A DNA stretch of 64,000 bases from Vicugna vicugna (lineage: Eukaryota): positions 993,498-1,057,497 of the forward strand of contig MU058037.1 in assembly GCA_013265495.1 (NCBI GenBank), in the 5' to 3' direction. Each line of letters starts with the position of its first letter. Within the stretch, counting starts at the first letter, position 1. The position numbers and the translations under genes are program-made. Below, in pieces: positions 53,136 through 64,000 of the stretch. Under the pieces are notes generated by a model. The model saw nothing but the letters and a program-made list of their open reading frames with translations. It made no database searches and was not told the DNA's origin.

Positions 53136-53459
53136 CTGGAAGAAAGACAAACAAACAAAATTAGAAGGGATACAGAGATTTACTTCATGATAAGGGTCGG
53201 GTTCCAGCTTTAGCCTTGAAGTTTCAAAGGTCAATTTGAAAGGTAGTTCTCATGAAGCTGGGAGCCCTGTAAGAGATCCAACAGTCTCTAAGATGATATT
53301 AATTCAACTGAGTTTGAAATAAGTGCATTACATCAGTTTCAAGGAGACCATTTTGCATGGATACACTATGGGCAGTGTCCAGCCTGCTGTGAACTGGGTT
53401 CCTTCATACACAGCACATGCAAGAGGCTTACAGTTGTCTAGTAGCTTCTCTGATGCAGA

Positions 53460-55060
53460 AAGGGCCAGCTTTATGGACGTACAACCTGTGCAGTCACACA
53501 GGGCCCCCCAAGCAGCCTTCTGGACTTGTACTTGATTTAATGGTCTGCTGTCACTGTCTTGAAACTCTTAATGATTTTATCTTTGAATGTGATTTTGGGA
53601 GTGGAGAACAAGGGGACAGGGAAGTACGAATGTGAGCAAAGGAGCCATGCACCACATTCCTGCCCGTGGTTTCTATTATACCCCATTTGCATGCACACAA
53701 TGTCCACGATGCTCCCAGGAGCACAAAACCCCAGTAGACCCCCAGTGCGTGTGAGTTCAGCAAGACTCAAGGAGAGTACGAGGTAAGCACGCTTCATCTA
53801 GGACTGAACAGATGACAGCCCCATGAGGACTCTTGCTGTCAGAGCCAGAATTTACTGCGATCACCAAAAGGCAGTAGTGGCATTCTAAGAAACATGAGTG
53901 ACCAAGAAACTCTGTCATAGTCTTGCTTATTCCTATTATGTCCTTGTACTAGTCAACCACATATACTGAAAAGTATGACAAAGAAAGAAAGGGAAAGGTA
54001 GGGCTACCCACAGTTTCTTCCCCTTTCTGTCCTTCCTTACTCATTATAGTAAGCCAAAAGTAGAGTGTTCGTAGAATGTACACATAGTAAGAAGTGGAAT
54101 AAAAGCTGAATTCGTTTTATGCAGTGTTTCCCCTGTTATGGTTAGAACAAAGTACATATGCACATACAAGCTAGAAAATACAAACTATAATTTTGATGAT
54201 TCCACATATAAGTTAAAAGTTCTTACGTTCATATTTAAAACTGGCATTGTACAATATCAAGATGAATGGTATAGCAGCACTACATACAACAGCCAAGACA
54301 TGGAAGCAACCTAAATGTTCATCAACAGATAACTGGATAAAGAAGTTGCGGTATATTTCTACAATGGAATACCATTCAGCCATAAAAAAGAATAAAATAA
54401 TGCCATTTGCAGCAACATGGACGGAATTGGAGAATGTCATTCTAAGTGAAGTAAGCCAAAAAGAGAAAGAAAAATACCATATGATATCATTCATATGTAG
54501 AATCCAAAAAAAGAAAGAAAGAGGACACTAATGAACTAATCTACAAAACAGAAACAGACTCACAGACATAATAAACAATCTTATGGTTACCGGGAAAAAG
54601 AGGGTGGGAAGGGACAAATTGGGAGTTTGAGATTTGCAAATGTTAACCACTATATATAAAAATAGATTAAAAAACAAATTTCTTATGTATAGCACAGGGA
54701 ACTATATTCAATATCTTGAAAAAGAATATGAAAATGAATATATGTATGTATATGCATGACTAGGACATTATGCAGTACACCAGAGATTTACACATTGTAA
54801 CTGACTATACTTTAATTTAAAAAAAGATGAGTGGTCATATTGTGTCGATGATTCAAAATTGCAATTTTTCTTACAACTTAAAATAGTAGTGAATAGCAAA
54901 TTAAAAATCCCATGACAAGTCTAGAGAAAGAGAGGTCATGGAACACAGAACAAAGCTTTATATTTTAGCCCCTTTACAGCACTTTTTCCTGCTTTCTGAA
55001 TAAGGGGGTCCCCATATTTTCATTTTGCTCCTGGCCCTGCGAATTACATAGCTGGCCCTG
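53460..55060 (+). mobile_element. MER45-type hAT-Tip100 non-autonomous element (MER45B-sized once the L1 insert is removed)
   Basis: TIRs agggccagct...agctggccctg, degenerate 8-bp TSD gatgcaga/aatacaga, and MER45-like termini. Confidence 0.78.
54271..54823 (+). mobile_element. L1 3' end inserted into the MER45 element
   Basis: TSD aagatga(a/g)tggt at 54259-54270 and 54824-54835, plus poly(A). Confidence 0.9.
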
Positions 55061-56617
55061 AATACAGACAAGTGGAGAAATCCCTCGCTTTGCTTCATCA
55101 CTGCAATTCACCACTAAATTCTGTACCCTGGCATTGATCCAAGGATCAATACAAGAGATCACAACTGAGAATGCAAAGAATACTAAGAATACTACCCTCC
55201 AGGACAGGATACCATGAGAAGTGTAGGTAGAAAAGCATGTTCTTAATTCAGACGTGAAATATTAATTCTATGTAATTCATATATACATTCTTTACATTTT
55301 CTTAATAAAATCATAGTTTGAGATTTCAAGGTGCAAAAACCTAACTGCAAAACACAGACAGGTACAGCTAGCAGTGCTCTGTTCCTTCACACAAAGGAAG
55401 ATGCATCTGCCTCTGAAGGGGCAACGTCATACTAATCTTCACAATTTCCACATTTTCTTAAATATCTTTGGCATCTTTACATCAATATTCCATCCTCTTT
55501 TTGGTAATTACTCTTAGTAAGTCATTCTGAATTGGATATATATGCAAATATATATTACACATATATGCAAATCAGTGTTTATATGAAAACTCTCTCACAC
55601 AATATTTTATCAAAAGCCATGATATTTCCTAATAAGAACAATGATCATAAACCAATGTGATTTAATTATTAAATCATTATGGCTTTCCTGCTTGGTTGTG
55701 CCCAGCTGGAAGCATTTATGCCCACTGCCAAGCCCTTTACAGGAAAACATCTGACATCTGCACGAGTCTCCATTTCTGCCGCTGCTGCTGTTGGAGGCCG
55801 CAGACTCGCTGGGCACAGCCATCACACTCCCTGATCAGCTGTATCTTCACAGCTTGTCAGGGCCATGGAATCCAACACTGATGAACAGAAGAATCTGATG
55901 CCCTTAGGGCCGTTTTGCTGAAGTGAATGGATTAACAGTTTAAGCTGCATTTTTGGAGATGTCAACTGGCGAGAGTGATAGATCAAGTCCCAACAGGGCC
56001 AACTCAGTATCTTATCTCATAAAGGGGGTGAATTCTATTTGGCAAAGGCAGAAGAGCAAAATAATTAAATAAATGGAAAGGGAATTCTTTTTCTTTTTCT
56101 CTCCCTTTTTTATAGGCTTTTAAAAATCTTTTCTTGCATATCCATTTTATTTCCTTTTCTCTCCATTTCAGCACTGCCTCACTACCTGTTTCACACTTTT
56201 CAAGCCCCCTTTTCTTAGAATATTTATGGCAGGAATTCCTCACAGTGTAAATGTGTGTGTGTACATACACAGTCACATCTGTAAGAATATGAGAGACAGG
56301 CAGGGAGAGGGAGAAAAGAGAAATTTAACTACTGGATTGACCAAAATTAATAAATTTAATAATAGGTAATATTGACCAGGGTGTAGGAAGCCTGTTAGTG
56401 GGAGTGTAAACATTGCAAGCACTTTGGAGAGCCATTTAGTCATCTCTTAATGCTTTAAATGCCATTTAAAAAAAAATGAGTAAGTATGTGCTGATAATGA
56501 AAAGGCTCTAAGAGATACTATAAAGCAACAAAAAAATTTAGTGAAAAAACAGCATCCAGTCGTGAATGGGTCCTTTTATGTGTACAAGATCTGTAAATGT
56601 ATGTACAGGTACATAGA

Positions 56618-57211
56618 GTCAGTCTGCTATAATACTTGTATTGAAAAGGCAAATTTGTTCCAACGTGATTGATATATTAGAGAAAAGGATGGGACATAAT
56701 GCCAATTTCACATTTGCATGTGCGCAATTTTGTCCATGAGAAATTCTAGATGAAAGCAAAAAACTGCACCCAAATAAACTGAGCCGCATAGGAATACACA
56801 AAACGCATACATTCCAACATGGACCGGCTACCTCTGTCCAAGAGTTAGAAGCCATACCCCGCAGCTTGTGGTGTTAAAATTTTCCTTCCAATTTCAGATA
56901 AACATACTTTCACCACTGCAAAATAACTCACAAACTGTTAAGACCTCAGACATCAACCTCCCCAAGCAAATTACAGGTCTTCTCAAGGGAAAGCACCATA
57001 TTTACCGTAGCATTTATGTATTTACCAATTTAACATGGGTAAAACCATGCTATCGTTTTTATTAGGCTCCTAGCTTTTGTCTTCATAAAGTTTTTGATTG
57101 CTGTGTCCCTAACCCCATTTCTCCCATAAGCCTTGTGGCTTTTATTGCACAGTCTGGCATAGTGCTGTGATGTTTAGGAACACATATGTTACGTTATAGC
57201 AAAACTGACTA
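56618..57211 (-). mobile_element. TcMar-Tigger non-autonomous element (Tigger8-like)
   Basis: Inverted termini agtcagtctgctataa...ttatagcaaaactgact. Confidence 0.6.
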
Positions 57212-57262
57212 TGTATGTACACGTATGTATCTATGTGTACATGGACACACATACATTCCTGC

Positions 57263-57450
57263 CAGTGGTTCTCAAATTTTGTCATGCATCAGAAACACCT
57301 AGAGGACTTATTGAAATATAGATTGCTGGGTCTCACTGTCAGAGTTTCTGAGTCAGTAGGTCCAGAGAGGTGGCTAAAAATTTGCACCTCTAGCAAGTTC
57401 CCTTGTGATGCTGATGCTGCTGGTCTGGGAACCACACTTTAAGAACCATT
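57263..57450. mobile_element. MER5A-like hAT MITE (similar copies near 44085-44280, 61130-61290 and 62215-62397)
   Basis: cagtggttctcaaa...gtttctgagtcagtagg...ggaaccacactttaagaaccattg. Confidence 0.8.
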
Positions 57451-58739
57451 GTCCAATCACAGGCTCACACACACTGTGGACTCATGGTGAAATGTGTTTA
57501 TTGCTGCATTGCTGTAACTGAGAAAAGTGTGCAACAATCTAGATGTCCAACAGGAGGGGAATGACTTAATGATGGTATAATCATATTATGGACTGCAATG
57601 TAGCAAATGGAAAGAAAGAGGTAGGTCTTCATATGCTATCATGGGAAAACCTCCAAGAGATGCTGTTGGAATAAAGCAAGGTACAGACATAGATATATAA
57701 ATACTATTTATATTTTTAAAATAAGTACCCTATCAGTGTGAGTATATGTATGAAAATTTACAGAAAAGGTCTGTAAAATACGTATCAAAGTGATCATAGT
57801 GGTTACTTACCTCTTAGAGATTACTGGGATTTGGGGTGGTAGGTGATTAAAGGGGTTTTGGACATTAATGTTTTAGATTTTGACTAATCAAAGATAATCA
57901 ACTCGTGTAATTAAAATGAACTCTTTTAGAAATAAACATGTGTATTGCAGAAAATTCTTCTAAAGGCTATCCAAAAATGGTTTACAGTTAACTAAGCTTT
58001 GATAGTAGTATTCTGCTTTTGCATCTGTCAACACCGGCAAACTTCGTTCCTATTTTGAGCTAAAATACAGATTGTGGCTATGTAACCCTAAAGGCTAAAA
58101 TTCTGACAAAAAAATAAATATTGGTATCTATATGTTGTAAGAACCTCGTTATTTGTTAGTAAAAAATTCTCTTTCAAATCTGCACGTAGGAAAATCACAA
58201 GGCCTGCCTTTGGTTTTTTACTGGGGTCAGCCTTTCACTTTTATTGGAGTTTCTCTTAACTCTCCTATCAACGGCCATTGACTAACCTACTTGGATTCTC
58301 AGCAAAATGCTGACCATAAAAGACAGAGTGCTTTTATTAGGAGACAACTGTCAAAGAACTGATCACATTCAATGGGTCAGGTTCAACTATTTGACCTTTA
58401 AAATCATAAAGTTATATCCTAACTGTAGCTACAACTTTTCAGGAAAAGTTGAATGCCTCAATGTGCCTGAATTTCAGTATCCATTTTATTAGTGTAAAAT
58501 CACACTAATTAGGCTTTTTGGTATAGTCCACTATAGAGAAAAAAACAAAATTAGCCCATTATTCCACAGCTCAGACCTAATAAAGCAAGCATAACCCTCA
58601 GGGATAGCAAATTCAAACTATGGAGAGACATGAACAAAAAGTAGTAATTTCCCTTTCTTCCTACCCTTCTCCCCCGAACTTGGAACTTTCCACTACAGGC
58701 TGCATAGCTAGCTTCAGATATGTACCCAAATGTCGCCTT

Positions 58740-59000
58740 CCCTAGTGTTTTTTAAAGGAAAGAGGTGTTAGCCTACCCCCCCTTTCTTGCTTTATATCTC
58801 ACCATAACACCACCATCTATGATATTCTACATTTTACTTATTCTTTATAAATTATTGCCTGTCTTTCCCTAACTGGAATGCAAGCTCCATGACAAAAGAA
58901 CTTTTATTTATTTTTACTGTTCTTTCACTGCAGTATCTCCAGAGCTAGAACAATGCCTGGCATGTGGTAAGCACTCAATAAATATTTGTTGAGTGAATGG
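58740..59000 (+). mobile_element. L2 3' end (further L2 and MIR relics near 200-1010, 5980-6400, 17050-17670, 24150-24300, 24440-24660, 36170-36600 and 41670-42230)
   Basis: tggaatgcaagctccatga...ctagaacaatgcctggcatgtggtaagcactcaataaatatttgttgagtgaat is the characteristic L2 tail. Confidence 0.7.
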
Positions 59001-62000
59001 AATCTGCACTTTGTGAAACTCTAAGGGGTGACTGGGGTTAAGCATTACCTATAAATTATGAGTGTGTGCTGTTAGCCAAAGTCTAAAATATTACACGATA
59101 CTATTAGTGCCACCAATGTGCTACTTCTTGAAGTTCCCACATTCAATACCAGAATGGAAATAGATTCCATTACTCAAGTTCTGGTTTTCATTTTCCTTCT
59201 AGAGTAGGGACTCTGTTGGTTCCATTCCCTTGCATTCACACAGAACTAGTACAGTTTTGAGGTTGGCACATTTTTTTTTCAGTAAATTTTCAATCACAAT
59301 GCAGGTATTAAGAAGATTAACAGCCCTGCCCAGCTCCCTGCAAGTTCCATCACCCCATGTCCTCTTAGCTCTGCTTACCATCAAGGAATAAAAGTAGGAT
59401 GTTGCCCTTTTTATGGTTATGTCATATGCTAAAAAGAGAAAATCAGGCAAAGTACTGATTTAGATCAGAGTCCTTTGGTCCTAACAATATTAAACAAACA
59501 TAATCTCTTTTCCCTACATTCTCTGTATGCTTCCATGTAATTGCCACATTAATTTTAAGTTCCATACGCGTAAGTATGGTTCAGCAAAGTTATCACATGG
59601 CAAATATTCAGAAAGCATTACTTTCCAAAGTTTTGTTATTAGGAAGTTGGGTTGGGGGAGGGTTATACTGATGCTTACAAATGGTGATTATTTTAAGACA
59701 ACTATAGTCAGCCTGGCACATCATTTCCTGTTGTTCCCACGCTTGGTCAGATTTAATAAAATGGGAGGCCTTCGACTTTCACTACAGGTCTTCCAAACCC
59801 AGACCACCTGCTTCTTCCCATTCTCCACATCAAACTTTTATAAATTTACTAATATCCTCCAGTTCAAACTTGGTTGGGTGAACTAGATACAAAGGGCTAA
59901 CTGTAAAGTACAAGGCATCTTAAATTCCATCTAAATTTGGGAGCAGTTCATTAAATTCAATCACTCTCTTGACTCCTTTGAAGAAATTAGCATGATTGAA
60001 TTTGTTCAGTTAGTATCCCTCCAGCAGCCTTGGGGGCAGAAGTGGCACAGCCAGAAGCAAATGACAAAGTAAATTCAGTCCAAAAGAGGGGGACAGAGGG
60101 GAAATTCTAAAGGAGAATCCAATGGGCTTGAGAATGTAAAGACCAAAGTGCACACTCAACTGTTTAATTAAATCTGCTTCCATATCTGCTGTACGTGCTT
60201 TCTCCAGAGATGCTTGAGTTTTCCACTGAGTGTGTATCTGTGTTTTCTTTCACGGTGGGTATTTGTGATATTTTAATTCATGGGCTGACTATATCAATAC
60301 GCTGTATTGTATTATCAGCTTTGTCAAATAATACGACGTTCAGTCTTTCGCATGGGTTTATTTATGTGGATTTATTTATTTATAAATGTGACTTTATTCT
60401 AGTAAATGTCATGACAGTTATTTTCAAGTCATAAGTGTATGCTTATATTACTGAACTAATCCATTTATCAATCCACATCCCAGGACTTAATGGTGATGAT
60501 GCATCATCTTAGCAATATTATTACACTTCTTGTTGAGATTCACTTGTAGTTACTTCTGCTGACTTACTTGACTATCTTACTTGTCCTGTGCAATAGCTCC
60601 AAGTTCTGTAGTTCACTAAGGGAACATATTTTATGACCTTAATTTGGGAGGTGTTAATATATTTAAATACCATTATAAAAACTACTGGAAATAGTTTGGT
60701 TTGGTTATGATGATGCAATTTCCATACATAACCACTGCCCAGTAACATTTACTGAGCACCCTGGTGTTTCAAGCCACACAGGTAAGCTTTGAACATACAA
60801 ATGTCCTCAAAGAAACTACAATCCAGTGAGGGGAAAAGGATGTGACCAGAAAAATAAATTTGATTTTGCAAAATCTAAAGAGGAAGGTGAACTGATACCA
60901 AAGCTCTCTAAAATGTGTTTTTAATTGAAGTATGTCTTAAACTCAGTAAAGAAATACTAGATACATGGGAGTAGATGCATAGGCATGTTTTAGGAAAGGG
61001 GTTATCTACACACATGTGTATGCTAATGGGCAAAACATTTGTAAGGTCAGGGGGAGTCTAGAGTTTTCAACAAGCCTCCAGGTTATTCTGGTACATTCTA
61101 GTTGAGACCCACTGACTTAGATCAGGATAAGGAGTCTCAACCCCAACTGTACATTAGAATCTCTTGGGGAGCTTTTTTAAAATATACCCATGTCCAAGCC
61201 CCTGCCTCAGACTTATCAAGCCACAATGCTCAGGATGGAGCCCTGAGCATCAGTATGTTTTAAAAGCTCCCCAGGTTACTCTAACATGCAAACAAGTTCA
61301 GTTGGTTTAGGAAAGATAAGAAACTGCTTATATTTAACTTAGCTGATGTATATAAATCAGCCCTCCTGTCTCATTCTCCTCTTTTTACTGCTCCTCAGCA
61401 CTGTGCTTGTAACATATGATTAGATATTTTATAATAATTTTGTAGACAATTCTTTCAAAAGTGAAACTTCACATGGCTTATAAATTATGATTGTATAAAA
61501 AGACAAAAATAGTTTTAATTGCAACTGCTTTGGAAAATCCAAGATGAATGCTCACTCTAAGAGAGAATGAGTGTTACATCTTACTCAGGATTAGTTCTTA
61601 TAATCAGATAAGCCGGATACCATTCTTCTAGAATCTAGGAGGCCATCAGTTGGGACATGACAATTGCTGCAATTACAAAGCACTTTTGGTTATGTTTTTT
61701 GCTGTAAAGGGATTTCATTGTCATCACTGCTAAGATTAACAGTGGCTTTTTTTTTCAATTTGGCATCTTGCAGTAGTTTGGTGAATGCCAACCCTCCCCT
61801 TTCCAGAAAATATCAAGTTCTAACAGCTGTGACTCATGTCAAGGGATTCAGCAAGATGCCTTAGCCATCTGCTGGTTTCCTGCAGGTAACCTCCTGCCAC
61901 CGTATCTATCAGCCTAGAACTGACAAGCAGAAAGCAGCTTCTAAATTCTGCCCTCCGTTTTGAAACCTTCTCTTCTGGTCTTTCTATTTTTTTTTCCTGC

Positions 62001-62799
62001 CATAATTACCTCCAGGCTGCAACAAAGAAAGCCTCCTCTTCTTAACCAAGGTGACCAACCACTCCTGCTCACCCGGGCCTGAGGGGGCTCCTGGGATACG
62101 AAGCTTTCAGTGCTAAAATCAGAACAGTCCCAGGCAAACCAGGAAGAGTTAGTCTTCTTACCTTTATCCAACCAAGCTTGACCTCTTTTGCATTTGCTGC
62201 ATTTTCATAGCTCAGCAGTTCTCAAACTTCAGCATCAAGCAGAGGTTTGATGGTTAAAATCTTTCTAAAACATAAATTGTTGGGCTAACCCCCAGAGTTT
62301 CTGATTCCATAGATGAGGGGTGGGACCAGGTAATGCCCATTTATCACAAGTGATGCTGATGCTGCTGACCCAGGAGCCACACTTCGAGAACTACTGCTAA
62401 AGTTCAACATCTGACAGAGGAAACACGAACTTCCTCTAACTATGAAGCTCAGCATCTCATATTCTACTCATGTGCCAACAGGTCCTTTCATACATACAAC
62501 TGCTCTGCTAGGTATTTAAAACTGATACTAGAGGTAGTGATGTTCAGTCCAGGCCTGGGAGAACAGCAGATGCTCAACCAATGCTTGAGTTGGGTCACTG
62601 ATTCAAATCTGGCTGTGAGATAATGGTTTCAAGAATGAAAATGTGACTCACGTGTTGCCCTTATCAACTAGACAAAAAAAAACAAAAACAAAAACAAAAC
62701 ACCCGAAGTCTCATATTCACCTCCTCCAAGAGTATCTTTATATTGCATAACTCAATAAAAGAAAATCATCTCATCTACTGTTAGCAGAAATATAAACTG

Positions 62800-64000
62800 G
62801 ATGATCACCTCAATAGATGCAGAAAAAACATTTGAGAAAATTCAAGGTTCATCATGATAAAAACTGTTACCAAAGTGGGCATAGAGGGAACACAGCTCAA
62901 CATTGAAAAAGCTACTTATAGCAAAGCCAAAGCCATCATAATACTCAATGGTGAAAAGTTTAAAGCCTTCCCATTAAAATCTGAAACAAGACAAGGATAC
63001 TTACTCTCACCACTTCTATTCAACAAAGTACTAGAAGTCCTAGCCATAGCAGTCAGACATGAAAAAGGAAAGGGATCAAAACTGGAAGAGAAGTGGTAAA
63101 ATTGTCATTATATGCACTATGTTACTATATATAGTATAGGATATATAGCCTATATATAGTATCATTTATTATATATACATATACTATATATATACATGAT
63201 ATATATGTGTATGTGTGTGTGTGTGTATATATATCTATATATATACATATATATATATATCTTCATCTATATCTATCTATATATATCTCCTCCATAGTGG
63301 CTGCACCAATTTACATTCCCACCAGCAGTGTAGGAAGGGTCCTTTTTCTATATATATTCTACATATAGTATCATGTATGATACTATATATAGAAAACCCT
63401 AAAGACTCCACACAGAAACTACTAGGGTTGATAAACGAATTCTGCAGGGTAGCAGGATACAAGATTAACATACAGAAATCTTTTGCATTTCTTTATACTA
63501 ACAAGGAAATATCAGAAAAGTAAAGTAAAAAAAAATCCCTTTTAAAATTACAGCAAAAAAATAAAATACTCAGGAATAAATCTGACCAAGGAGATGAAAG
63601 ACATATACAGTGAACTACAAAACACTGATTAGGAAATTAAAGATGATTTAAAGAAATGGAAAGATATTCCATGTTCTTGGATTGGAAAAATTAATATTGT
63701 TAAAATGGCCATGAGACCCAAACCAATGTACAGATTTAATGTGATCCCTATCAAATTACCCAGGACATTTTTCACAGAACTATAACAAATAATCCTAAAA
63801 TTTAGATGGAATCACAAAAGCAATACTGAAGAAAAAGAACAAAGTTGGAGGAATAACCCTCCCAGACTTCAGACAATACTGCAGAGCTACAGTAATCAAA
63901 ACAGCATGGTATTGGCATAAAAACAGACGCATGGATCAATGGAACAGAGAGTCCAGAAATAAACCCACAGACTTACGGTCAATAACCTTCAACAAAGGAG
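62800..64000 (+). mobile_element. L1 ORF2 reverse-transcriptase region (degraded), running off the window end
   Basis: Peptides [36 protein letters not shown] and [41 protein letters not shown]. Confidence 0.95.
63100..63392. repeat. (TA)n/(TG)n low-complexity tract interrupting L1 RT
   Basis: Directly visible dinucleotide runs. Confidence 0.85.

Noticed and set aside
53136..64000. PHEX exon 15 (WFTNPTTVNAFY...)
   Set aside because: Not found on reading. Intron 15 is long in human, so the exon probably lies beyond the window.

Overview
Mammalian genomic DNA, very probably a camelid X chromosome: it carries four tRNA(Ala)-derived Vic-1-type SINEs, and the gene order matches human Xp22.11. 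The minus strand holds the 3' end of PHEX, exons 16-22 (55/68/131/66/105/77/103 coding nt). All introns between these exons are GT-AG, the HEFTH and ENIADNGG zinc motifs are intact, and the protein ends CRLW*. Proximal and distal AATAAA signals follow. About 20 kb downstream in the same orientation lies the intronless Hakai (CBLL1) retrocopy CBLL2/ZNF645. In this sequence its N-terminal/RING half is disrupted by frameshifts and premature stops, while the C2H2 plus proline-rich 316-codon half is fully open. The rest is intronic or intergenic DNA rich in L1, L2, MIR, MaLR/ERVL LTRs and hAT/Tigger DNA transposon relics, several nested and with readable target-site duplications. No prokaryote-type novel system is present. 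The best leads are the asymmetric decay of CBLL2, an LTR/PBS-like element upstream of it, a plus-strand (antisense) micro-exon, a G-U-compensated hairpin in PHEX intron 21, and two structurally odd L1 insertions. Family names and human/CBLL1 comparisons are from recall, not from searches.
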